From positions 1-35,927 of the forward strand of contig CAYYLB010000006.1 of assembly GCA_964472345.1 (NCBI GenBank): a stretch of DNA of 35,927 nucleotides, given 5' to 3'. The notes below the pieces were generated by a model that was given only the letters and a program-made list of their open reading frames with translations, was not told the DNA's origin and ran no database searches. Positions 6,194 to 15,114 of this stretch are shown in pieces. Position 1 is the first letter of the stretch, and each line of letters starts with the position of its first letter. The stretch comes from an uncultured Methanosarcinales archaeon. Lineage in GTDB: Archaea; Nanobdellota; Nanobdellia; Woesearchaeales; JAGLXL01. The translations under genes and the position numbers were made by a program.

Positions 6194-9172
6194 ATCGACA
6201 CACGCAAGGCAGTCCCATCATCAATAAAAAAAATCAGCGACACGGTGTGGGAAATCCCGGCGTCGTACAAGCAGGGCATGCGCGCCCCCGCGCGGATCAT
6301 CGCAACGGAGCAGCTGCTCAACGCGATGGATCCCGGCGTCTTCGACCAGGTCACGAATGTCGCGACGCTGCCGGGAATCCAGAATTACGCGCTCTGCATG
6401 CCCGACGGCCACTGGGGATACGGCTTTCCCATCGGCGGCGTTGCGGCGTTTGATGCAGAAGCAGGCGTTATTTCGCCAGGGGGGGTTGGTTTTGACATAA
6501 ACTGCCTTGTAAAAAATTCAAAGATACTTACAGAATATGGGTGCACAAAAAATATCCAGGACTTTGAATCATGCTTTACTGATGTCGCCATAAGTCACCC
6601 CCAATACATACTTAAAGCAAAGCAGTGTACACAATCAGTAGTTTCATTTGACATCGATCGCAAGTTGTTTTCTTCCAAAGAAATACAAATCTTTATGAAG
6701 AAAAAACATTGCGAATCGATTGTCCAAATCAAAACGAGATTGGGTTATACACTCGAAGTTACAGAAGATCATCCAATTCTTACTGATAGGGGTATGCTGA
6801 AGGCTAATAAGCTTGTCAAAGGCGACAAAGTTGCAGTTTATCCTTTCGAAGGTGTCGATTACGAAGAACCGGAAGACGTTGTTATAATAAAAGACAAAGA
6901 CATATTCACAAAACAAGAATTGAATGAACTAGAAAAAAGATATCTTTTCCCTCTTACCATAAAAAATTCAAAAATCCCAATACTCACAAGGCTCTTTGGT
7001 TATCTGCTCGGCGACGGCAATATATACCTGTCCAAAGGAAAAGGATACATCTGTGCTTATGGTCAAGAAGACGATTTGATATACATACAGAGTGATTTTC
7101 AAAAGCTTGGTTTCTCAGCCAGAATCTACAGTAGAGAAAGAGACCACAGCATACCAACAAAATATGGGAAAGTTGAGTTTACAGCAAGAAACTATGAACT
7201 TCACGTATCCTCAAAAGCCTTGGCTAAACTTTTCTTTGCTCTTGGCTATCCAGTAGGAATCAAAACTGCTGTTCCATTTTTGGTTCCAGCTTGGATAATG
7301 GATGGTCCACTTTGGATCAAAAGATTGTTCTTATCAGGATTATTTGGCGCAGAACTTTCAAAGCCAAGAACACACACAAAAACAGGCTTCAATTGTCCTA
7401 CGCTCCAAATGAATAAGAATAGTGTGCTGCTTGAGAATGGTCGCAGGTTTTTTATTCAAATAATGTCTATGCTCGAAGCATTTGGCATAAAAACCCATAA
7501 GTTAACCGACTTCGAAGACTTCAAAAACAAACAAGGAAAAACGCACACGATAAGGCTCCTGATATCTGCCGATGAAGATAATTTGTTAAAGCTATGGTCA
7601 AAAGTCGGGTTCTCCTACAACAAAAAACGCGAAAATCTTGCGAACATAGGAGTCCTTTACATCAAAGAGAAAAAAGTGCTTACACTGAAGCGCATACAAG
7701 TAGCACGGCGTGTACAGGAATTAAAGCATCAAGGGCTAAAGATGTATGAAGTGGTTGCATTGCTTCAATCAGAAATGATTAACAAACGATTTATTCAACG
7801 CCACTATGCAGAAAACAAAGTATCGCGAATAACACCCAATTTTATCTCATTCAACGATTTCGTAGAACAAAAGAACAATGAGCTTAGAGAATACGGCTGT
7901 TCCTTTGATGCTATTGGGTCAATAACAAAAAAGCAGTACGACGATTATGTATACGATTTTAACGTCCCGGAAACGCATAATTTCATTGCTGATAACATCA
8001 TTGTCTCAAACTGCGGCATGCGTCTCGTCCTTACCAATCTCACCTTCAGCGACGTCCAGCCCGTGCTCAAAAAGCTCGTCGACCGCCTCTATGAGCGAGT
8101 CCCTGCAGGCGTCGGCTCAACGGGTTTTGTCAAATTGACGCCGGGGAAGTTCAAGGAAGCCATCGAGCTCGGCGCGAAATGGTGCGTCGAGCAGGGCTAC
8201 GGCTGGGAAGAGGATCCCGGGCGGACAGAAGAATCCGGCTGCATGGAAGGAGCGGACAGCAGCAAGGTCTCTGACAAGGCGATCTCGCGCGGCCTGAACC
8301 AGATCGGCACGCTGGGCAGCGGCAACCATTATCTCGAGATCCAGCGTGTTCTGAAAGAGAATATCCGCGACGAGGAGATTGCGAAAGCGTGGGGCATCTT
8401 CCCTGACCAGATAGTGGTGATGTTCCACTGTGGAAGCAGGGGCTTCGGCCACCAGGTTGCAACAGACCACCTGACGACATTCCTCAAGGTGATGGAGCCG
8501 AAGTATGGAATCAAGATTCTTGACCGCGAGCTGGCATGTGCGCCGTTCCATTCACCCGAAGGCCAGGCCTATTTCACCGCGATGAAGTGCGGCATCAACA
8601 TGTCATTGGCAAACCGGCAGGTGATCCTGCACCGCATCCGCGAGGTGTTTTCCGAAATCTTCAAGCGCTCGCCGGAGGAGCTGGAGATGCGCCAGGTCTA
8701 TGACGTCGCGCACAACACGGCGAAGCTGGAGGAGTACACGATCGACGGCAAGCGGAAGAAGCTGATTGTGCACCGCAAGGGCGCGACGCGGTCGTTTGGC
8801 CCGGAGCGGGAGGAAGTCCCTGCAGTCTACCGGAAGCACGGCCAGCCGGTCATCATCGGCGGCAGCATGGAAACAGGCTCATATCTTCTTGCAGGCACAA
8901 AGAAAGCCGAGGAAGAAACCTTCGGCAGCACGGCGCACGGCAGCGGCAGGACAATGTCGCGCAACGAAGCCAAGCGCACCTGGCGCGGCGAGACGCTGCA
9001 GAAGGAGATGGAGAAGCGCGGCATCTACGTGCGGACGACCTCATTCAGCGGATTGGCGGAGGAAGCCGGCCCTGCGTACAAGGATATCGACGAAGTGATT
9101 GAGGCGACGCATCTTGCGGGCATTTCGAAGAAGGTTGTGCGGTTTGTCCCTATTGGGAACGTGAAAGGCTAG
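6194..9172 (+). CDS. rtcB: RNA-splicing ligase RtcB containing an intein (start possibly ATC at 6194; first standard start codon is GTG at 6245)
   Basis: MPDGHWGYGFPIGGV, GFDIN|CGMR, GTLGSGNHYLE, HCGSRG.GH, HNTAK, HRKGAT, HGSGR, EEA..AYK motifs. Confidence 0.97.
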   Translation: MDTRKAVPSSIKKISDTVWEIPASYKQGMRAPARIIATEQLLNAMDPGVFDQVTNVATLPGIQNYALCMPDGHWGYGFPIGGVAAFDAEAGVISPGGVGFDINCLVKNSKILTEYGCTKNIQDFESCFTDVAISHPQYILKAKQCTQSVVSFDIDRKLFSSKEIQIFMKKKHCESIVQIKTRLGYTLEVTEDHPILTDRGMLKANKLVKGDKVAVYPFEGVDYEEPEDVVIIKDKDIFTKQELNELEKRYLFPLTIKNSKIPILTRLFGYLLGDGNIYLSKGKGYICAYGQEDDLIYIQSDFQKLGFSARIYSRERDHSIPTKYGKVEFTARNYELHVSSKALAKLFFALGYPVGIKTAVPFLVPAWIMDGPLWIKRLFLSGLFGAELSKPRTHTKTGFNCPTLQMNKNSVLLENGRRFFIQIMSMLEAFGIKTHKLTDFEDFKNKQGKTHTIRLLISADEDNLLKLWSKVGFSYNKKRENLANIGVLYIKEKKVLTLKRIQVARRVQELKHQGLKMYEVVALLQSEMINKRFIQRHYAENKVSRITPNFISFNDFVEQKNNELREYGCSFDAIGSITKKQYDDYVYDFNVPETHNFIADNIIVSNCGMRLVLTNLTFSDVQPVLKKLVDRLYERVPAGVGSTGFVKLTPGKFKEAIELGAKWCVEQGYGWEEDPGRTEESGCMEGADSSKVSDKAISRGLNQIGTLGSGNHYLEIQRVLKENIRDEEIAKAWGIFPDQIVVMFHCGSRGFGHQVATDHLTTFLKVMEPKYGIKILDRELACAPFHSPEGQAYFTAMKCGINMSLANRQVILHRIREVFSEIFKRSPEELEMRQVYDVAHNTAKLEEYTIDGKRKKLIVHRKGATRSFGPEREEVPAVYRKHGQPVIIGGSMETGSYLLAGTKKAEEETFGSTAHGSGRTMSRNEAKRTWRGETLQKEMEKRGIYVRTTSFSGLAEEAGPAYKDIDEVIEATHLAGISKKVVRFVPIGNVKG
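6503..8011 (+). mobile_element. Intein (503 aa) with LAGLIDADG homing endonuclease, inside rtcB
   Basis: Starts CLVKNSKI; block B TEDHPILT; LAGLIDADG-like LFGYLLGDG and FLSGLFGAEL; ends VYDFNVPETHNFIADNIIVSN followed by C(+1). Markedly AT-rich compared with the exteins. Confidence 0.97.
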
Positions 9173-9186
9173 GCGGGAGGCGAGTA

Positions 9187-9222
9187 ATGAAGAAAACCCC
9201 CATCTCTATCATAACCGGCTAC
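9187..9222 (+). repeat. Remnant copy of the 5' end of the COG0523 GTPase gene (direct repeat of 10377-10412)
   Basis: ATGAAGAAAACCCCCATCTCTATCATAACCGGCTAC vs ATGACCAAAACCCCCATCTCTATCATCACCGGCAAC, 32/36 identical. Preceded by a GGGAGG SD. Confidence 0.9.
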
Positions 9223-9243
9223 TTCTTAACCGCAACATTTATA

Positions 9244-9281
9244 TATTACTATAAGTAATAGTGCTATTACAATAAGTAATA
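9244..9281. promoter_or_regulatory. Two tandem palindromic operators upstream of the MNT-HEPN operon
   Basis: TATTACT-ATA-AGTAATA (9244-9260, perfect) and TATTACA-ATA-AGTAATA (9265-9281), 21-bp period, between the TATA box and the ATG. Confidence 0.75.
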
Positions 9282-9284
9282 ATT

Positions 9285-9857
9285 ATGAACAGCGAGATAA
9301 AGATACTAAAACTGTTATTAAGCAGAAAAGAAGAACGGCCTACCATAAAAAAGATAGCTGAAAGCCTGAACATCAATTACCGGATAGCGTATGAGAAGAT
9401 AATGGGGCTCGAAAAAGAGGGCCTAATCAAAATCACAAAAGCTGGCAACTCCAAAACCTGTGAATTTACCTACAAATTCGATAACAAAGTATTTGAAGCC
9501 GAATACGAGAGAAGAAATGATCTTTTCAAAAATAAAGATTTCCTCATTTTACAGAGAAGGTTAGCCGAACTTCAATTTCCGTTTATTGCTTTACTCTTTG
9601 GTTCTCGGGCGAGCGGAACTGCAAATAAGCATTCGGATATTGACCTATTAACAATAGGCGGCGATGAGAAAGAGATAAAAGTGACGCTCTCACTACTGCC
9701 CGAGAAAATTCATTTAACTGCCGTAACCTACAAAGATTTTATACACATGGCAAAAAGCAGGGAGTTTACCGTTGTGAGCGAAGCAATTAAAAATAATATT
9801 ATACTGATTGGGATAGAAGAATACTACCGATTGCTCAAAAATGCTGGATACGCATAG
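9285..9857 (+). CDS. wHTH + minimal nucleotidyltransferase (MNT) antitoxin
   Basis: N-terminal HTH (TIKKIAESLNINYRIAYEKI..LEKEGLI) and the LFGS.A.G....SDIDLL nucleotidyltransferase motif. Confidence 0.9.
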   Translation: MNSEIKILKLLLSRKEERPTIKKIAESLNINYRIAYEKIMGLEKEGLIKITKAGNSKTCEFTYKFDNKVFEAEYERRNDLFKNKDFLILQRRLAELQFPFIALLFGSRASGTANKHSDIDLLTIGGDEKEIKVTLSLLPEKIHLTAVTYKDFIHMAKSREFTVVSEAIKNNIILIGIEEYYRLLKNAGYA

Positions 9858-10380
9858 GGTAAAAGAAGCGGAAAGCAATGTAAAACGTTACTTAGAAGAA
9901 GGGCTCCTTAAAAAAGTGGTCATGGACAAGCAGGTTATGAATATACTTTTACTCAATGCAAAAGAAAGCTTGAGGGTTGCTGAAGAAGTGCATCAAAAGA
10001 ATCTGTCTGAATTATGGGTTATTGTTTGCTCCTATTACGCAATGTATTACCACGCGAATGTTGCCCTCTTGAAGCTGGGCTATAAGGTCGGGGAAAAGAT
10101 TGTTCATAAAGTAACCTCCGATGCAATCATTGTTTATGTAAGAGGAAAGCTGAAGGAGTCCTTGATTGAAGAATACGAAGAAACAAAAGAGGAAGCATTG
10201 AATCTCGCAGGAATGAAGGCAGACGCTTTGATAGAGTCTTTTGAGTTTGAAAGAAACAAAAGAAGCTTAATCCAATACAAAACAATAAATAGTGAGAAGC
10301 AATCAAAAGCGAAAACCTCCCTGCAAAGAGCAAAAGAGTTTGCAAGAGAAATGGAAAAACTGATTGTTGATGTAACATGA
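9841..10380 (+). CDS. HEPN-domain protein (MNT-HEPN pair)
   Basis: SYYAMYY motif, H in EKIVH, R-x4-Y-type motif (KRSLIQY), C-terminal AKEF helix; overlaps the MNT gene. Confidence 0.85.
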   Translation: MLDTHRVKEAESNVKRYLEEGLLKKVVMDKQVMNILLLNAKESLRVAEEVHQKNLSELWVIVCSYYAMYYHANVALLKLGYKVGEKIVHKVTSDAIIVYVRGKLKESLIEEYEETKEEALNLAGMKADALIESFEFERNKRSLIQYKTINSEKQSKAKTSLQRAKEFAREMEKLIVDVT

Positions 10381-11267
10381 CCAAAACCCCCATCTCTATC
10401 ATCACCGGCAACCTCGGCGCCGGCAAGACCACCCTGCTGCGCAAGATCATCGAAAAGCTCGACCGCAGGTTCGCGATCATCATGAATGAGTTCGGCGAGA
10501 TCGGCATTGACACGCAGCTCGTGCAGGGGAGGAATGTGAATGTCGCTGAGCTCGCGGGCGGCTGCGTCTGCTGCTCGCTGACGGGTGAATTTGAGGAAGC
10601 GGTGAAGGAAGTCATCGGGAAGTACCAGCCTGAGCTTATCATTGTCGAGACGACGGGTGTCGCTGAGCCGGATGCGCTCGTCGTTGAGGTGAGCGAGAGC
10701 ATGCCCTTGGTGAAGCTCGATTCCGTGATCACGGTCGCTGATGCGGATGCGATGGTGCGCTTCCCTCAGATGGGAAGGACCAGCCGCGTCCAGCTCGAGA
10801 TGGCGGATATCATCCTGCTCAACAAGATGGATCTCGTGAATGAGGCGCAGCGCGTCGCGCTCAAGACGCAGATTCGCGCCATCAGCAGGAAAGCGCCCCT
10901 GATCGAAACGACGCAGTGCGCGGTGGACATCAGCCTGCTGTTCGGGATCGAAGCGGAGCATCATGGAGCCAGCGCCCACCCCGGCCACCAGACTGCATTC
11001 GAGTCGTTCACCTACACCTTCAGGAAGCCTGTCAGCCGCGAACGGCTTGAACAGCTCCTGCTGCAGCTGCCCGCGGCCATCTACCGCTGCAAGGGATTCG
11101 TTGCGTTCGAGGAGGATGAGACGTTCCTCCTCAACTATGTCGCAGGCCGGTGGGAGTTCGAGCCGATGCCTGCGCAGCAGCTCACGCTGGTGTTCATCGG
11201 GGAGAACGCGTCCGCAGCGAGGCAGAAGATTGTCGCGACGCTGGAGCGGCTTCAGCATGGTGCATAA
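10377..11267 (+). CDS. COG0523/CobW-family G3E GTPase (metallochaperone)
   Basis: GAGKTT, NEFGE, GGCVCC, ETTGVA, NKMD, C-terminal YRCKG. Confidence 0.93.
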   Translation: MTKTPISIITGNLGAGKTTLLRKIIEKLDRRFAIIMNEFGEIGIDTQLVQGRNVNVAELAGGCVCCSLTGEFEEAVKEVIGKYQPELIIVETTGVAEPDALVVEVSESMPLVKLDSVITVADADAMVRFPQMGRTSRVQLEMADIILLNKMDLVNEAQRVALKTQIRAISRKAPLIETTQCAVDISLLFGIEAEHHGASAHPGHQTAFESFTYTFRKPVSRERLEQLLLQLPAAIYRCKGFVAFEEDETFLLNYVAGRWEFEPMPAQQLTLVFIGENASAARQKIVATLERLQHGA

Positions 11268-12093
11268 GCCGCGCATCTCCCAGCTGCTGCGAAACGCGGG
11301 ACTCGCCAACACCAGGGCAGATGCGCTTGGGCTGCTCACGGCGGGCAAGGTGCTCGTGAACGGCGCGCCGGTGTTCAGCCCTGATTTCCAGGCGAACCCG
11401 AAGAAGGAGCGCATTGAAGTCGATGGGACGCGGCTGTCCCTTGGGCTCCCAAAGAAATACTACATCATCAACAAGCCCGCAGGCTGCCTCACGTCGAAAA
11501 AGCGCAGCAACGGAAGGAAGCATGTGATGGAGCTGCTTCCGGTTGACAGGAACCTCAGGAACAGCCTTTTCCCCGTCGGCAGGCTTGATTACCGCACCAC
11601 CGGGCTGCTGCTCATCACCAATGATGGCGCGCTTGCGCACCGGATCCTCCGTCCGAAGGGCGCGATCGAAAAGGAGTATCGCGTGCTGGCCAAAGGGGCG
11701 CTGACGGCGGAGGCGATCAAGGCACTTGAGCAGGGCGTGGTGATTGAGGTGGACGGCAAGCCGTACCGGACGCTGCCGGCAAAGCTCACCGTCACGGAAC
11801 GGACCGCGCAGACGAGCTGCCTGCACATCACCATCACCGAAGGCAAGAAGCGCCAGGTGCGGCTGATGCTCGCGGCGCTCGGGCATCCTGTCCTGCAGCT
11901 GCAGCGCGTGCGGATTGGAAACGTGAAACTTGGCACTCTGGCCGAGGGCTGCTGCCGTGAGCTGACAAAAGAGGAAGCTGCCGGTTTCGTTGAGGGAGGG
12001 AGAGCCGCGCAGGAAGTGCGCAGGCGTATGCACTCGGTTGCCGCGGCGTTCCCGAAAAAGCCTGCACAAAGGGCGGCAGCACCCGGAACATGA
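11257..12093 (+). CDS. RsuA/RluB-family pseudouridine synthase with S4 domain
   Basis: N-terminal S4-like domain, NKPAG, PVGRLDYRTTGLLLITNDG, KEY, ITEGKKRQVRLM, LQRVRIG. Start at ATG 11257. Confidence 0.93.
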   Translation: MVHKPRISQLLRNAGLANTRADALGLLTAGKVLVNGAPVFSPDFQANPKKERIEVDGTRLSLGLPKKYYIINKPAGCLTSKKRSNGRKHVMELLPVDRNLRNSLFPVGRLDYRTTGLLLITNDGALAHRILRPKGAIEKEYRVLAKGALTAEAIKALEQGVVIEVDGKPYRTLPAKLTVTERTAQTSCLHITITEGKKRQVRLMLAALGHPVLQLQRVRIGNVKLGTLAEGCCRELTKEEAAGFVEGGRAAQEVRRRMHSVAAAFPKKPAQRAAAPGT

Positions 12094-12746
12094 TCATCAC
12101 CAAGCTTGGCCATTCCTGCCTGATCGTTGAAGAAAACGGAACGCGCATCCTCATCGACCCGGGAACCTACACCTTCAAAGTCAGTGGCCAGGCACTCGAC
12201 CGCATCAAAAACATCAACGCCATTTTCATCACCCATGGGCACCCGGATCATTGCGATCTTGAACTGCTTCCCACCATTCTTGAGCAGAATAATAACCCAC
12301 TAATCCACACCAATGGTGCGACCAAAGCCCTCCTGAAGGAGCGGGCAATTCATGCAACCCCCATCTCCAACAATGAGAGTATCACCATTGGAGCAATCAC
12401 CGTTCAAGCCATTGACTGCCCGCATGGTACGTTACCAGAACCGATCCCCACGCCAGAATGCACCGGTTTCCTCTTCAACAATAAGCTGTTCCATCCCGGC
12501 GACTGCCACGCTCCGGTGCAGCCGGTAAAAGCTGAAGTGCTTGCTCTGCCCGTCATCGCACCGTGGGGGACCACAACGGCAGCTGCTGCATTCGCAAAAC
12601 ATTCCAATCCAAAAATCGTCATCCCGATCCACGACGCCATCGTGCGCTACCCGGAACTGATCCATGGGATGCTCACGAAGGTTTTTGCAGGAACCGGCAT
12701 CACGTTCAGGCCGCTCGGTCCGGGGGACCAGCTCGAGTTGCCGTAA
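12090..12746 (+). CDS. Metallo-beta-lactamase-fold hydrolase (UlaG-like)
   Basis: LGHSC, IDPG, THGHPDH, HPGD, IPIHD. Confidence 0.9.
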   Translation: MIITKLGHSCLIVEENGTRILIDPGTYTFKVSGQALDRIKNINAIFITHGHPDHCDLELLPTILEQNNNPLIHTNGATKALLKERAIHATPISNNESITIGAITVQAIDCPHGTLPEPIPTPECTGFLFNNKLFHPGDCHAPVQPVKAEVLALPVIAPWGTTTAAAAFAKHSNPKIVIPIHDAIVRYPELIHGMLTKVFAGTGITFRPLGPGDQLELP

Positions 12747-12868
12747 GCCACAAGTTAGTCAGAATAACAACTGCTTGAGATAGTGAATGCCAAACTCAAC
12801 TGCTCCCGTTCGGCAGGTGTTGGGAGACTGGGCTGACTGTTTGTGGGGCAATTCCGGCGCCATTGACA

Positions 12869-14182
12869 TCACTCGGCAATCTCCCCGTACCCAATCAGGC
12901 GGAAACGCGTCCCGACCCTGCGCGAGAGCGTCACGCGCGCCCCTTCCGCAGCGCACACGGGCTTCTTCAGCACGCACTTGACGTGGTCCTTCTTCAGCTC
13001 CACGACGGTGCCCACGGTCGCAGCCGCATTGACATTGAGCATGAGCAGCTCACCCTTCTGGAGGGGCCTGACCTCTGCTTCCTCTTCCAGGCCGACAACA
13101 CGCGTGAGCAGGCGCGTCTTGAGAAAGAACTCATACCAGACCGGCGGGAGCTTTCCCGGCCTGCCCACCACGGAGCCCGCAAGGCTGTCCGCTTTCACGA
13201 CGGCAGGATCGAGCAGCGTCATGACCCCAATCGAACCGCCGGGGCCGAGCTGCTCAAAGCCCGCATTCCCTGACTTGAGCCCTGCGATGGACGTGCTGAG
13301 GGGCTTCCAGGCATTCTTGTTTTTCTCCTCAACCTCGCGCCCAGGCCGCAGCTCGATCGCATCCCCGACACGCAGGATGCCTTGTTTCAATGTCCCGCCG
13401 AGCACCCCGCCGGCAAGCTGCTCAATCAGGGTTCCCGGCTTGTTCACATCAAAGGAGCGCGCGACAAACATCAGCGGATCAGCGTCGGGGTCGCGCTGCG
13501 GCGTCGGGATGACCTCCTGGATGGCCTTGATCAGCACGTCACTGTTCGCGCCGCTCCGTGCGGAAATCGGAATGATGGGGGCGTTCTCATAGGGTGTGCC
13601 TTTGAGAAATGCAGTAATCTGCTGGTAGTTCTGCAGCGCTTCCTCCTCGCTCACCAGATCGATCTTGTTCTGGACGATGATCACCCGGTCAATGCCCGCG
13701 ATCTGAAGTGCCATGAGGTGCTCGCGCGTCTGCGGCTGCGGGCATGCTTCCGCGGCAGAAACAAGCAGCAGGGCGCCGTCCATGATGGTTGAGCCGGCAA
13801 GCATGGTCGCCATGAGCGATTCGTGGCCGGGGGCGTCGACGAGCGATATCTTGCGCAGCACGCGCGTTGCGGCAGCGCACTTCGCGCACGCCGGCTTTGT
13901 CGTGAAGATCGTGCACGTCCCGCAGTGCCGGATTTCCGTGTCCGCGTACCCGAGGCGGATCGTGATGCCCCGCTTGATCTCTTCGCTGTGCGTGTCGGTC
14001 CACTTGCCGCTCAGGCGCTCGGTGAGCGTCGTCTTGCCGTGGTCGACATGCCCCACAAGGCCGATGTTGACCTCGGGTTGGGCCGGCACCTCACCGGCAG
14101 GAGCCGCTGGGACATTCTCAGAAGCTTCTGTTTTTGTTTCTTCGGTTTTTGCTCCTTTCTTTGTTTTTGCCTTGGTTGCCAC
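12869..14182 (-). CDS. eif2g: Translation initiation factor 2 subunit gamma (aIF2-gamma)
   Basis: QPEVNIGLVGHVDHGKTT, HSEEIKRGITIRLGYA, zinc knuckle, DAPGHE, QPQTREH, NKID, RSFDVNKPG, RLIGYG. GTG start at 14182, about 25 nt below TTTATAAA. Confidence 0.97.
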   Translation of the reverse strand: MATKAKTKKGAKTEETKTEASENVPAAPAGEVPAQPEVNIGLVGHVDHGKTTLTERLSGKWTDTHSEEIKRGITIRLGYADTEIRHCGTCTIFTTKPACAKCAAATRVLRKISLVDAPGHESLMATMLAGSTIMDGALLLVSAAEACPQPQTREHLMALQIAGIDRVIIVQNKIDLVSEEEALQNYQQITAFLKGTPYENAPIIPISARSGANSDVLIKAIQEVIPTPQRDPDADPLMFVARSFDVNKPGTLIEQLAGGVLGGTLKQGILRVGDAIELRPGREVEEKNKNAWKPLSTSIAGLKSGNAGFEQLGPGGSIGVMTLLDPAVVKADSLAGSVVGRPGKLPPVWYEFFLKTRLLTRVVGLEEEAEVRPLQKGELLMLNVNAAATVGTVVELKKDHVKCVLKKPVCAAEGARVTLSRRVGTRFRLIGYGEIAE

Positions 14183-14301
14183 GCGATGCGCAAGCAGGCA
14201 TTTGTTTATAAAGGTTGTTGGTTCCGGCTGTTTGGTTGCTTTTCCCGACGGATGAATCGGATCCGCGATCATGACCCGTGGCGTTGAGCGGGAAAGAACC
14301 G

Positions 14302-15114
14302 TCAGGAAATCCGCTTGATCTCGATGCTGATCGCCCGCTCGTTCACCCGGATCGGGCGCGGGCACAGCGTCCACTCGAGCCCTTTGCTTTTGCAGTACGC
14401 AATGAGTTTCTCCTTTTCTCCTTCATTGCCATACCGCACGGCCACATTCAGCCCCCACCGCTCGCGATGCACGATGTCGAACTGCTGCAGATCCGCGAGC
14501 GCCTGCTGCCTGGCTGACGCGAGCCGCTCAAGCCGTGCAGGGATTGCCGCGACCTTCTCATGCAGCGTTGCGATGCTCTCCTCGGGCACCTTCAGCATGC
14601 GGAAAAGCCAGTCAGCATGCGCAAGGGACTGCCTCTCGCGGGCGCTCACAAAACCGCCATAGCCTGCGTTCACGGCTTTCCACTTCCCGAACGAGCAGAC
14701 GAGCAGGTCAGCGGACGCCCCATCAGCATGCGCTGTCCCGATGGAGCCGGAAACGTCCATAAGAACGCTGCAGCCGGCGCGCCTGCACAGCCCGTAAATC
14801 TCACGCGCAGGCTGATGGGCAATGTAGCCGCCGGGATTGCTGTAGAGGAAAACGCTGTCGGCGGCAGCCTTGGCGTCAAGATCCGCGAGGTCAATCAGCC
14901 CTGCGTCCGTCGTTATCTCAGCACACTCCATCCCCAGCAGCTTGGGGAACCGCGGATAGCTGAGCCAGCCGCCCTGGTCAGGGATGAGCACGCGTTTCTT
15001 GTTTGCGCAGACGAGCGCAGCAAAAATTGCCGCATCGCCGCTTGGCACCAACCGGACAGACCGGTGGGAGGTGAGCCGGCACAGCTCGCTGATGATCGCA
15101 GAACGGGTGTTCAT
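14302..15114 (-). CDS. PLP-dependent transferase-fold protein (DegT/DnrJ-like, short)
   Basis: SGDAAI, IPDQGGW, DVSGSIG, CSFGKWK...GYGGF (candidate PLP lysine). Confidence 0.7.
   Translation of the reverse strand: MNTRSAIISELCRLTSHRSVRLVPSGDAAIFAALVCANKKRVLIPDQGGWLSYPRFPKLLGMECAEITTDAGLIDLADLDAKAAADSVFLYSNPGGYIAHQPAREIYGLCRRAGCSVLMDVSGSIGTAHADGASADLLVCSFGKWKAVNAGYGGFVSARERQSLAHADWLFRMLKVPEESIATLHEKVAAIPARLERLASARQQALADLQQFDIVHRERWGLNVAVRYGNEGEKEKLIAYCKSKGLEWTLCPRPIRVNERAISIEIKRIS

Noticed and set aside
6226..6233. A8 tract upstream of the rtcB GTG as a frameshift or phase-variation site
   Set aside because: The frame is already open through it (SIKKISDTV) back to the SD-positioned ATC, so no shift is needed.
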